This document shows positions 27,001 to 40,622 of a DNA stretch of 64,000 bases, one piece after another; the first letter of the stretch is position 1; each line of letters opens with the position of its first letter. The position numbers were made by a program, and so were the translations under genes. This DNA is from Octopus sinensis. Lineage: Eukaryota. The stretch covers positions 78,988,001 to 79,052,000 of the forward strand of contig NC_042997.1 of the NCBI RefSeq assembly GCF_006345805.1. Direction: 5' to 3'. The notes under the pieces were generated by a model. That model did not search any database and was not told where the DNA came from. It was given only the letters and a program-made list of their open reading frames with translations.

Positions 27001-27366
27001 TAAAGAACAAAAACAACCAGGAAAAATATTGGCAAGTACTGGTATACTGTTATTTATGTAAAGATTGTGAAATTTGGCTTGAAACTCTTTTCTGCATGTG
27101 TCTGATTGTATTTTTCCTGCATGTTGGATTTGGTTTCTTACCTTTTAAGAGGTGTTTTAACTTCACTGCTGCAGACCCCTGACTAGATCAGATACCACCA
27201 TATATATCTGAACAAAAAAAAAAATGAACTATCAACTTAAATATATATATATATATAAATGAAATAAAATACTATTTTACATGTTTTGTGATCTTAAAAA
27301 TAAAAAAGGATAATGCTGATGAATTTATATAACTCATTTTCAATAAGAATGCTGGGATTCAGTAAT

Positions 27367-28458
27367 GGATCTGTTCAGTTCGGCGCACAGATTTTTTAAC
27401 GTAATTTTTTTAAACTAAACAGTTTGAAACTTCATATACTGGTGGAATGTCTCATGCAGAACATGGCTTACTTAGAACATTTTTGACGAAATTTGGTAGT
27501 TTAGAAGTTATTTCGTGTTTGTTGTATTTGGGTAATTTCAACCGATCAACGTGTGTTCTGTTGAAGAAAGCTACTGATATTTGCAATAGTAATTGAAGAG
27601 AAACAACTTCCCAGCCATCTCTACTTAATGTCACCACTCTGATCTATTTGTATGTTGAGCGAAGACGATGTCACCTTTATCTTTTCCTTTCTAGTCAGCA
27701 CCTTACATTCCTTATTCTTTCCCTCCCTTCTACACTATCAATGAACAACCAGCAATTACTGTATTTTCCAGTGTATAAGCCGCTATTTGTTTTGTTTTAC
27801 CTTCATGTTTTGATAATGTTATTTTTAATATAATAAATAAGAAATTACTTATGGAAGTTCATCATGATGTAATGTGTTGTTGATTATAGTAATATAAAAT
27901 TATGACAATAACAATACATCTCATAGTTGTAAAATAAGGCATTTTGAAACTACATACATGTCAACAACAAAAAACGCTAGCTGTGGACTTGTAGCTCGAT
28001 AGGTCTTTTAAACACTGGTGCACTTTATGTATGGATAAAACACTGATGTTGGACAAATGAATAAATATATGTAAATAATATTTCTTCCTTCTTGGTGTTC
28101 ATTCTTCAATGTTTACTGCTTACTCCAACTCGAGAACCAAACAAAAAAAAGCATGTAATTTGCAACAGAGGCAGTAAACAAAAAATAAAATAAAACAGAG
28201 TGGTAACATTTAGTAGAGATACCCGGAAGTTGTTCCTCTTCGATTGCTATCGCAAACAGCAGTAGCTTTCTTCAACTGAATACACATTGATTGGTTGAAC
28301 TTACCCAAATACAACTACTTTAATACCAAATTTTGTGAAAAATGTTCAAAGTGAACTGTTCTGTGTGAGACATTCCACTAGTGTATGAAGTTTCAAACTG
28401 TTTAGTTAAAAAAGAAAAAAATTAAGTAAAAAATGTGTGAACCAAATTGAACAGATCC
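27367..28458. mobile_element. ~1.1-kb foldback element with ~250-bp imperfect TIRs and GGATC termini
   Basis: GGATCTGTTCAGTTCGG...AAACTAAACAGTTTGAAACTTCATA...GGAATGTCTCA versus TGAGACATTCC...TATGAAGTTTCAAACTGTTTAGTT...CCAAATTGAACAGATCC. No TSD recognisable. Confidence 0.8.
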
Positions 28459-29611
28459 AAAATTAGTTCAACTATTATGGTTGAGATGAGGGCATGTAGC
28501 TCTCACTAGTCTCATTTAAATGTTAATAGTGGTGAACACTTATTGTGAAGTAACTTTTGCTATGAAAAGTCAAATAATTTACAGTATTACTGACTGAAAA
28601 ATGGACAAAATTAGGTGTGAAAGGTTTTGTAAAGATTATGTTGATCAGAAAAAGGGCATATCTATGACTCTTTTGGGATATCACCAACCAGAAAGTCAAA
28701 AAGCAATCTTTTATGCTCCTACATCTTTCTAGTTGCAGTTATGTATTTTTAGATGTTAGGAAGGATATCCTCCTACTTTTTCAGTACTTCTCAATTAAAC
28801 TGGTTTTCTCTCAACAAGTAGCCCTGCTGTTATTTATTTCTTTTGATTAGTTATTTACTTTTCACTCCTTTCTTTAAACCCCTATCTCCCCTTGAACTTT
28901 TCCTCCTTGTTTTAAGGAAACTCTAGTAGTATTCTTTATTGAGGAGTGATACCAATTAAAAATCATTGAAAGTGAGATGATTAGATATTCCAGGCATCTC
29001 ATATGTATTTATATATTACGTTAACAGAATCATTTAAATAATTCCACTGACAGTATTCTTCTTTGTGCTTGTATATCTTACATATAGTCAACATTCATTG
29101 AATTTGATTCCTATATTTGGCATGGCATAACTTGATCCAAGTTATTGCTGCATGCCTTCAAAATTGGCTTTAGTAGATTATAAAAGAGACTAAGACTTAA
29201 TGAATGATTAGTTGTGAAATATAATATACTACTATTAACTAAGTAGTGTCCATTTCACATTTTTTTGTTTTGTGAAATGGACAAAAATATTATTTTAAAT
29301 ACTGCTAACTTGTGTATTCTTCAAGAAATTACTTATGGAAGTTCCTCATAATGTTTCACAAGAAATGATAATTTTCAGACAATGTAAGACCAAACAAACA
29401 CATTATAATATGTATCATCCTGTTAGTTTTAAAGTCAAATCCTTCCAGTGTCAGCTTAAACTTTTCTTCACCATACACTATTAAAATACTAAAGATAATT
29501 CATTCAACTATACTGCTCGGCTTTAAATTAAAACAAAGAATATTTTCAAAGTTGTTTGAAAGTTAATTTATACATAAATTAACTTATTTCTGTTTTCTTT
29601 CATTCTTACAG

Positions 29612-30079
29612 GATTGTGGTATGCAACTTACAGATGAACCTGATAAGCGATGCTATCCATACCAGAATACATTGCTCTGCCGAGATTGTCACATAAAACG
29701 CCTCAATGCCCGCTATCCCGATGAGCAGTTTTGCATTGATCCTGTTACTCAGCTTATTAAAACTATAAATAGTGAAAACTCTAAAGTGGATTCTCCAGGT
29801 GGCTCTTTTGGTGGAACTGTTGGAGATTTTGCTCCTGCCACAATCAGTGTTCTTACAGCTCCACGTATGAATACGCCGGCTGGTTATCGTGGCTCATATT
29901 GCAGCAATAGTACTGTAGGAGATGCAAATGGTGCTAACACTAATACTCACAATTTTAGCTCTGGCCAAGAACAGTATTTGCTATCAAACAATTATCAATC
30001 ATCACAAAGACCATATGATCAAAAAGCACCTTCGTCTCCTGTAAAATCTTCAATGAAATACCAAATTACAGAACTTTGA
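29612..30079 (+). CDS. WTIP: LIM protein terminal coding exon (end of LIM3 plus long C-terminal tail)
   Basis: ttacag|GAT TGT GGT ATG. Encodes DCGMQLTDEPDKRCYPYQNTLLCRDCHIKRL...MKYQITEL*, 155 aa, ending in TGA. Confidence 0.95.
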   Translation, partial: DCGMQLTDEPDKRCYPYQNTLLCRDCHIKRLNARYPDEQFCIDPVTQLIKTINSENSKVDSPGGSFGGTVGDFAPATISVLTAPRMNTPAGYRGSYCSNSTVGDANGANTNTHNFSSGQEQYLLSNNYQSSQRPYDQKAPSSPVKSSMKYQITEL

Positions 30080-30609
30080 TACTGATGGTATATGATATAT
30101 ACAAAATGATGTTTTGTAAACTTCTTATTGTGGTTCTTTGACTAAAACAAATAATGATGTCGGAAAGCATATTCAAGTTTGACAGGAAAACATATAAAGC
30201 TTGATATGTCTTGAGTTTCTTTAATATAACCAATTTTACTTTGTTGGAATATCATAGAAATTTATTCTTTTCTATTATCTAGTATTTATTACTGCTTATG
30301 AATAATTTCTATTGAATATATTATTATTGTTCCTCACCCTGAAATCTTAAGTTTTGAAAAAGAACTTTACACAGCTGTTTGGTTGAGAAAATTGGAATCT
30401 CTCACCTAATAAATATAATTTTATCTTGTAAACTGCAATTTTATAGAATACTTGAAGGAAATTTCTATATTCCAGAAATATGGCACAAGTAAATCCAGAG
30501 ACATAGTCTTCAGCAATGCTATATTGCTAATAAGATTTTTCATAGTAACTTTAATTTTTGATATTTTACCAACCATGCATAATTTTTTATTTAAAAAATT
30601 TTTTTGTTT

Positions 30610-30615
30610 AATAAA
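30610..30615 (+). promoter_or_regulatory. Candidate proximal polyadenylation signal of the LIM gene
   Basis: AATAAA about 530 nt after the stop, followed by a U-rich tract. Other AATAAA copies lie further downstream (e.g. 30787, 30791), so the site actually used is unknown. Confidence 0.35.
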
Positions 30616-30997
30616 GGTTTTTTTTTTCCAGTTGGATTTTTCAATTCCTTTTTAAAGCTGTAAATATTTAGAGTTTTACTACCTGATTCTTAAATGTATG
30701 AATTTAGTTGTAATTAATGATACAAACATTCTGAAATAACAATTAAATCTTTTAAATATTTGAAGAGATTTATTAAAAGTAATGTAAATAAATAAATGAA
30801 AATTTTGGTTTTACTATTTACAAGAATTGGAATTAAAATATTAGATGTTAAAATATTTTTTCAAGGTCATCTTTTTTATTTTTAAAATTTGTTATCCATT
30901 ATTGATTCACTTGGATTTATAAGAAGCAGTATAGCAATACAGTTGTTCTTTGGCTACTAGTAAAAGCCTTTGAAGTTTAAGATAAAGCAGTGATCTG

Positions 30998-31037
<40 letters not shown>

Positions 31038-34000
31038 CCAAATTCCATGTTTATTTAAGTTTATTTGAATGTTTTCTTCCAGATATAGTGTTTCAGGTTA
31101 GAGCTTATTTCTGTTGTTGACACCTCCACTTAAACTATAACATTCACTGGAAAAATCTGTATATAAAACATATAGTTTATATAATGTTTCACACAATTTC
31201 CAAAGACCTAAGAAGTTTGCACAAAATATGTTGTTATGATATGACAATACTTTTGATGCCTAATAATCAAAATTGTTATCTCATATGACTGTACATTAAA
31301 AGAAAACTAGAAATCAATGAGAAGATTATCAGTTACTGAGTTTAAAGATTTAAGTAGAATGAAGTAAACCTTTACATATACTACCTTCATATTTTAGTAA
31401 CATTTTTCAGTTCAAGGAGTAATTAAGGACTTTAAAAATAGTAAGGTGTGATTACATAGCTTTGTAATAAATGTAAGAAAGAGAGGGGCATTTTTTTTTT
31501 CATTGATGATGGTTGTTACTTTTAGTAACTTGTTAGACAAATCACTATATATCATCAATTATCAAATCTTGAATGATATGTATACATCAATTCAGAATTT
31601 TGATTCTTAATTAGTATGAAATGTCTCACTTCACAATTGTATAAAATGATTATTTATAATTATATTTTGTATCTAGTATATTAAATGTTTTTATTACATA
31701 GAAATAATTCCATTTACATATTGTTTCATTTTATTTTATATTATCCTTCTATTATCATGCACTTGCTAACAACTTTTGGACAATACTTCAAATTATTTAC
31801 ACTTATTTCAATTTTTTTTTACTTCCTAAAGTCCTCCACTTAACTGGTTGAATTGAATTATCTAATTTATATAATAATCAAAATAACATAATTTAATATT
31901 TCTATTACATTACTAAATGTTTTGAGTTCTATTTTTTATGGTCTAGGTTTTTTTGTTAAGTTCAGATTGATTATTTATTCAGTTCTAATATTAATTTTTT
32001 TTATTGCATTTTATTAAATAACATTGCTTGAGTAGAGGTCTCTGATGAAACAATCACTTATTTCACTGCACAATAGCATCTGAGCAACTCAGATGCAAAA
32101 AAATACCACAAGGTTTGTGGCACTGGTTTATCAGATTTCTTGATTGTTATACTTTTCACCAATATATATAAATGAAAGATATATGCACATACATATGTAT
32201 AAAATGGGCTTCCATACTAGATATTGATCAACATGAGGCTATGATATAAGACATTTGCCCAAAGTTTCTCACAGTAGGATCAAATCTGAACCACATGCTT
32301 GTAACGGAAACTTACTGATCAAACAGCTATGCCTGTTATTTTTTGTCATGAAATGCTGAAATAAATACTACCAAGCTTCATCTTAATCAAATAGTACTTC
32401 ACTGATTAAGGTTATCAATCAAAATAGGTAACTGGTGATGTAAATAACATAAACTGAATATTTGTTGTGGTTTTGTGATAATTCTTGGATAACTAAGGAA
32501 ACAAAATCTCATGAATTACATAAAATAATTTTAAAGTTTACTACACTTACATGAAATAAGACTGAGTTACTCAGTTATTAATCAGGTAGAGAAAGAGTAA
32601 GCAACAAACACTCAGACAAGTGAGATTAATGCTGTTGATATTCAGCTTAAATTTACGTAGGTTGATGTCTGGGGGAAAAAACATTGTGAGACCTGAATGT
32701 GAAACTGTAAGACTGATATGAGTCAAATGAACTTCATTGGAAGATGATTTTATTTTAATAGTTCAAAGGAGCTGAGGGTGTTATAATGGAGATTATAGAA
32801 GTGAATATAGCAAAGAAACATGTGAATCAGTTTTCTTTCTGATACCAGCTTAACTTGTTTGAACACTGATTAAACAAACAGGCTACACCTACATCTCTAG
32901 CTCAGCTCTCCAGACGTACTGACCAAGCTACATTAACAATACTAGCTCAGTTTACCAGACCTCTTGACCAACTGACACTGTGTTACATTGATACCATTTG
33001 TTCAGTTCTCCAGACCTTGTGATCAAGTTATATTAACCTCTGAGATTCAGATTTGTAGTCCTAGTCACCAGTTATACATTAACATGAGTTTTTCTATTCT
33101 CCTTTCTCTTCGTAACTGTTATCCATCAATCATGATTTACGAAAACAAAATTATTAAAGCTATGAAATTTACTCCAGAATTATGTGATAAGTATTGTCAT
33201 CACCTAAATAACATTTATAAAATTAAAGTTGTGCATTTAAAATAGAAGCTGACAATCAAGTGCATTTATTTTTTTTTACTAGACTTCATAAATTACCTAA
33301 ATTGAGAATTTAGACAAGTTAAAAACTCTGGCTATAAAACTTCATTGGTTACTCTTTATTTCTTCATATATTTAGCAAGTTCAATAAGTTAGTTTCTAAT
33401 TTTATTTTGTCTTCATCACTGCCATGACAATCATGTTAAACTATATAAAATTATTTACTACTCAGTATTTTTCATTCAAATAATTTGCTTATTCCAAATT
33501 TCTTGAAATTCATCTAACCAACTCTCTAACTTTCAGAAGCAGTGACTTGTAATGTGCCATCATGGTATTAGTCAAACAATACATATTTTCTTGAAAAAGA
33601 TTTGTATTCACTATTGTCTATAATATCTTATATATCAGTAAATATATGTTATTTTGTTGAGGTTGTTTAAATTTCAAATTTGAAAACAATTGACATTTTA
33701 TTGATATATTTAATGTCAATCATACAAAATGCCAAAGGAATCTTTTTCCAATAATCCTCCAAGTATTATATCCTTAATATTGTGAGCATCCTGTGAAAAG
33801 TTGAAAGAGCATGTAATTTATTCCTCCAACATGTTGGATTTCATCTTAGATGGAAGCTGGCCACACTTACCTTTATTCTTTCCTAACATTTTATACAACA
33901 GCACATTTTAGTTTTGTACCTTGAAACCCTTTTTTAAAGTTCTCTAATATTAACAATCTAAACATTATGAAAAATAATTACAGTTATCTAGATAATACTT

Positions 34001-37000
34001 TTCCCTCCTGGTATGGTTCACACATCTGATGACAGATTTTTCTCTTTGAAGAAAAACCATAAGTATGTAGGCATGATATGATGGACCTGGAGATTATTAG
34101 AGAATGAAAGGGACAACTTAATATTACTCATTTTCAAGAAACCTTCAAGATTTATAGTGTTTTTATTATATTGTTTTTAAAGAAAATACTTTTTTATCCA
34201 ACCGTTTTTTTTTTTTTGCCAGTGAGAAAATTCTTTGCATTTCATTTATTTTGGCATAATTTTTTTTAATGTAATAGTTTACAAAATTAATAAACAAATC
34301 TTGCCAATCTATACAGTTGAATTTCATTTCAATATCTGTTTAGTACTTTAAAGAAACGAGATTCCTATAAGTTATTCATCATAAATAAAGTTGTTTGACA
34401 CTTGAAGCTTAGATTTTTAAGGGCATCCTTACATGTAGTAATTAATTTTTTAAATCAAATTACCTTTAGTAAGCAATTAAAGGGAATCAAAAAAATATGT
34501 CTTAATACAAATATTTCCTACAAGTTTGTGATAACAGAATAACTTCATAAACCTACTATTGAAAAAACTTCGATTGTTGAAAGACAAAATGTGTTGAGAG
34601 AGATAATATAAGTTAAAGCTCTCTTTTTTTTTTTCTTATATAATTCTCCCATGGTAACTATAATTTAATAAATGTTCTCACAGTCATGTTATGTTATGAA
34701 ATTTCAAATAAAAAAATATTTCAGTTTATGTATCAATATTTTTTATCTTTTTCTCTGAAGGAAGAAATTTTCAAGTATTCTAAAGATGTATATATAATTT
34801 TATATCTGTTTATATATGTATTACTAAATTTTTCACCTTAAATTCTTGAATGATATTTAATATTTTCACATTCTCTTTTTCTGTCAGAAGTTTTCATTTT
34901 GCATATTATTAGTTGAATAATCTTCTTTTCTTTTTATTTTTGCATTTAAAGATATATGTTGTAAATTACTTTTATTAGTTAAATTTTAGTTCTGGCTGCT
35001 TATTTCTTAAAAAATTACTTACAAAATCTTTTATTAGAATGAATTATAAATCAGCCATAACTTTGCAGTGCTGGTTATATATTTGTTTCAAAGTTCCTTG
35101 AGAAACTTACTACAAACAGGTCTACTGACTTAAGTATGTCCTGGAGCAATATAATTTTTGTTTTGAACAAAAAATGTAAGAGTATCTTGTGAATCAGTTT
35201 ATATTAATTAACATGTGATAAGAGCTCAGTTTCGACCTATTTTATGAGTTTGACATCTTGTCTTCTTGGTACCATATTTATTCCTTCTTATGAGGTTAAC
35301 CAATCTTTTTAAGGTGACGTGTTATTACACTGTCTTTTATTTTAAAATGATACACTACACCTTAATATATGCAAGTCCTGTTTCAGTATTATGTTTTACA
35401 CATGATTTATTTGTGCATTACTATTTGTTTCATATATCTTAATTTAATTTACATTTTTTCTAAGAGGCACAAATTTTAAGTACACAAGAGTATTATAATA
35501 CATTTAAAACATACTGTGTTGAATATAGCTCAGAACAAAATTATTCACACCATTAATTTAAATTTTGATTATCAAAGATGTATTTTTTACAGCTTTAAAC
35601 ATAGTCTCTAATTTGTTCGATTTATAAAGGCAGTTTTGCTGTCTACTGCCTGCATCTGGTTTATGACTTTCACCCACCAGATGTTATCTTTATTAATTGA
35701 AAAATTGCATGCCTGTATTTATAACCTTAATATCAAAGCTGTAAACACATCTTTGATAATTGTAAATAACTTTGTTTCAAAGCTTTCTCTTCTTATATAT
35801 ACCAATTCTTAAGCTAGGCACAAAGGTGAATTTGGGGGTTTAGCCGAGTTTATAGTCTGTTGAGTTTATTGTAATTTACTACTGGTTCTTATTTTGACTT
35901 TGGAGTGATTACTAAAGTTGACGGTTTTTAAATTTGGAATCAAAAAGAAATTTAATATTGTAAAGCACTTAGTTTGGTGCATGATTATCTTGATCATATC
36001 CATTAAATTTCACACATGCGTGCACACACACACATTACTTTTAATATGGCTTTTTTTAACCTGTAGAGCCAATGATAAGTTCCCAGCAAGGTGAGACTGT
36101 GACAGTACTGATCTTTTGTTGAAACGATTTTGCTTCAATTTATATTACTAATACTCTTGGAAGAGACAGGACCTCACAACTTCTTATTTCTTATAAATGG
36201 CCTTTGTGCCTTCTGTAAAAGCCAACCAATCTTAAATCTTATTGTGTTATCTTCATTAAAATAACTATAATAAAAAGTCATATAGAAAATACTTCGTTTT
36301 CAGTGAGACAGCTCATAACTAAACTCTCTTGCCACACATTCCACATTAAAATAAAAAGATATTACCAGTGAAATTCTTTCATTCAAAAGTTGGTTTCAAG
36401 TTTTCATAGAATTTATTCTTCTCTGCTTGTATAGATTCTAATAATGGATTTGGTAAAAAATGATTTCTGTCTGTCTAAATTCTTCTTTTAACATTTGATT
36501 TGTGGCTCCCTGGAGCTCAAAATAAGGCTGGGTGACTTTATATTTCATTTCTATAATGTCAGTAAAAATAAATACAGGAAGCAACTGAGTTTCTATCTGT
36601 TAAAATTGATCCTGTGCCTTGTCAAAGTAAATTAATGTTATCAGACTTGTTGGTGGTAATGGAGTTTATTTAAACACTTTTCTAATTACAATATCAAATC
36701 ATTTGACATTTATCCAAATTTGAGTATACCACATGTAACACGTTATTGAAATTAACTTTTCTTAGGTCATTAATTACCACTGAAATCTTTGTGTTGTGTA
36801 TTGATGACAAGTAAACATGGTAGATAGAATTCCTCTCTGCAAGCCTGATATTAGTCAGAAATCACAGAAATAAGAGATTGAGGAATGAAAAAACTCCACT
36901 AGGAATCAAACAAATATTGCAAACTTAGTATACAAGGTATTTACAATCATCCTGCAGTTTTTGCCCAATTGTTATAGAATCAATAATTTTACTAGTTAAT

Positions 37001-38989
37001 CTCCAAAAGTTTGTGAAGAAAAAAAAAAACCCTAAGTCCTTAAGTTTTTTTCTTTCTTTAATTAGAAGTTTAAAAAAAAAAAAGCCTGTGAGAACTATCT
37101 TATTGTGGTTATTGCCAGTTAAAATATTCTTTGTTATGTAAATTGTATTTCACAAAAATTTCAACACTTTATTGTATGTATGCTTTCAATGGTGTTTGGT
37201 TATATATAAGCAGTAAACACTGAAACTGGTTTTTTTTTTCTTCCTGTGAGAAAATTGTAGTTTTTTCCCAACTTTTTGATGCGGTAATGCAAATCTTTCA
37301 AATGTACACATTTTAAAACAAAGAAAATAAACTTGCAAATTTATTTTTTCTAAAACATACATTTTTCACTTTTACATTATTTCATTTAGTAGTAGTGGTG
37401 GTGGTGGTGGTGATTGTACAAAATTCAAATGTTTAAAATTACTGCATACTTTAATCATTTGGAATGTGTTGGCATATTCAATGGTATTTAATTAGTATTC
37501 CTTTGATACTTTTTTATTCTCTTACTAGTGGTAGGTACATAAGAACTGACAATTTCAGTAATGATCAAAATCATGATCTGAAATGCCAGTCATATCCTCT
37601 CTTCGGAAATTTGTGTTTTAGAGATTCTCAAAACATTCTCTAATGGCAACTTGACAGTTTTCTTTCCTTCAAAAGTAGATACATAATTATTGTACATGCT
37701 CTCCCTAGTCTTGGTCTGGTGATCCCACTTATAACCTAGAAAAAAAGGTGGCAAGCTGGCAGGGTCATTAGCACACTGGACAAAATGCTTAGTGACATTT
37801 TGTCCATCTTTATATTCTGGGTTAAAATTCTGCTATGGTTGACTTTGCCTCTTATTGTTTTGAGGTTGATAAAATAAGTACTAGTTGAGCATTGGAGTTG
37901 ATTTAATCAACTACTCCCACCTTCCTCTAAAATTTCAGGCTTTGTGCCTATTGTAGAAAGGATTATAATACGGCAAAAACTGCATTCTAAAGATTGAATC
38001 CAGGACAATGCTACTGCTATACAAAACATCCAAGACTGTATCAAAAGAATATAATTTATAGATATAAGCAAACATTGTATGTACATACTTGTATATGTAA
38101 TGGATATCTATTTTATTGAAACTAACGAATGAAAGGTCAATTCACTTAGACAGGAATCTAAATACTTAATTCAGCATTTTAATGTTTTGCTTATTTTTTT
38201 CTACTTATGCTGATAGTGAAGGTGAAGTATTTTATTAAAAGAATTAATGGTTGAGTACTCTCCCTTAGGTTGTAGAACAGGAAAATTCCTAATTATATTT
38301 TCTGCAATTGTTTATTTTGCATTTCTTTAGATTTCTTTAAATGGAATTCTGACTGGGTTTTATTACTAATCGTTCAATTATTTCCATAGTCACTACCTAT
38401 ACATTAGCTTAGCATGATATTCGCTATCTGCAATTCACTTTTTCTGTTAAAATCTAATATGTCTGCTTTATTATATGAGCTTAAAATGCTTCTACATTTA
38501 CTGAAAAACAAAATAGATATTCAATTGTTTGAATAACTTCAAATATTAGAAGTTAAGTAATTTTTCAAGTCCTTTTGGCTGTTGCAATATCTATTATATT
38601 TTCTTTATTAGTTACTTGCTAATGACAAACAATAAGGTTTGCTGGTCAATCTAAAGTCATAACATTCACACAGCTGTTTCATTTCATATTCAAATCACAT
38701 TTGAATCTGACTTCGAATTTTTGCTGTGTCAATACAATATCAGTTGTTATCTAGAAACAGATGAGCCCATATTTAGCAAACCCATGATCAAAAGGCATTC
38801 TGACTTTTTCAGACATAATATATCTAAGATTACATTATCCAATGTGTCCCGTTTTTAGAATGGTGTGGTGTGATTTGTAGGAGATTTGGCTGTTATTTTA
38901 CCAAGTTAAAAAATTCCAATCTATAACTCTGCATTTCAGCAGTTGGTTTAATTCAGAAGAAATAAAATAGCAAAATATTGGATAATGTT

Positions 38990-39500
38990 TGTACTTTGAG
39001 ATAGAACACCTAACATTACTTTCATCTCTCTGCATTCTTTGTTTTGTAATAAATCAGCTATGAGCAACAAGCAACTAGAACCCTCAAAGTCATTATAAAT
39101 ATTAGGCCTTGCAATCACTGATGATCTCTTCTGACAATCTTACATTCATAACATATCAAAATCTCTGAAGACTAGCCTTCCGCATTGGGTCCAGAAGGTA
39201 CTTCAGTTCTGAACAGTGGCTGAATTTTTATAAATCTCATGAAAGACTCTACAACAAAATACTGTTCCGCAACTTGGCTAGTGCTGCAGATGCTTGAACT
39301 TTTCTGAACATATCCAAAAAAAATCTATCCAATTGATTGAAGATGAATCATACACCAACACAATTCAACTACTTACCCAGGCACACTGTTTCATAACTCT
39401 ACCCCTTCTACAGCTACTTAAATGGGGTCTACTCTTCACAATTATATACCCAACTCATCTATTTCATTTCCAGAACTCCTTTTGCTGAATTCCCTTTCTG
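38990..39500 (+). mobile_element. Old CR1/L2-like LINE 3' fragment
   Basis: LGLAITDDL, RRYFSSEQWLNFYKS and IQKKSIQLIEDE resemble the C-terminal RT/thumb region of CR1-type LINEs; decayed. Confidence 0.5.
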
Positions 39501-39819
39501 CAGTCATCAACTTATAGAAGTAAGAGCTTAAGTTTAAAATTAGCCACATCAATCTAACTATCTAACTGGTCTAAGAGTATTTAAAAAATTATTTGTAAAA
39601 TAAGTTTGTACAATGGATAACCATTGTAACTGGTCAGAAATGCATGATAATGAGTATGCTTTTTGTATCTTATCAATCTGTCCACCAAACTTTTACATAT
39701 ATTTTCATAGTCATTTCAATGCTGAAAAGTAGGTACCAAAGTGACTGGAAGGTTTATTCCATATGACTTTAGCCATGTAGAACATTAGTAAATATGTTCA
39801 CCTCTTTAACAGAATTTGA

Positions 39820-40622
39820 GGATCTTTTCCTTTTGAACGGCACTTTGTAACATAATTTCTAGTTAACTAAACACTTTTAAACTTCGTATACTAGTAGAAT
39901 GTGTTTATAAAACATCATTTTTTCTTGGCTTTATTGAGAAAATTCTATGTTGTAACATATTTCGTCTTTAATTTTGAGCATTTCGGCAATTTTAACCAAT
40001 TGCTGACCTCCATTTAAGTAAATAACATTCTCTGCATAATGAATATGTCCCTCCTTTAAGAAACAGATTGGGTTTATTTACATTTGTGAAGAAAAAAGAT
40101 ACCCTACCCCACCCCTAACCCTAACTCAAACCCTAAATCTAAAATAGATTGAAATGCAATAGATCGATACTAGGGTTATAATTATGGGTGACAATTTCAT
40201 ACAACACCGCTATGGAAAATGGGATTTTTTTCTAGCGGTGTCAAATGAAAATGTCACCCATAATTATAACCCTAGTATCAATCTATTGCATTTCAATCTA
40301 TTTTAGATTTAGGGTTAGGGTTATAGGTGGGGGAAGGCTATCTTTTTTCTTCACAAATGTAAATAAACCCAGTCTGTTTCTTAAAGGAGGGACATATTCA
40401 TTATGCAGAGAATGTTATTTACCTAAATGGAGGCCAGCAATTGGTTAAAATTGCCGAAATGCTCGAAATTAAAGATGAAATATGTTACAACATATAGAAT
40501 TTTCTCAATAAAGCCAAGAAAAAATGGTGTTTTATAAACACATTCTACCAGTATACAAAGTTTAAAAGTGTTTAGTTAACTAGAAATCGTGTTGAAAAGT
40601 GCCGTTCAAAAGGAAAAGATCC
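39820..40622. mobile_element. 803-bp near-palindromic non-autonomous DNA transposon (Merlin-like), copy 1
   Basis: Ends GGATCTTTTCCTTTTGAACGGCAC / GTGCCGTTCAAAAGGAAAAGATCC; exact 8-bp TSD GAATTTGA (39812-39819, 40623-40630); ~390-bp arms containing CCCTAA repeats. Confidence 0.9.

Noticed and set aside
40110-40135. CCCTAA repeats as an interstitial telomere
   Set aside because: They are an internal part of the transposon arm and recur in every copy of it.
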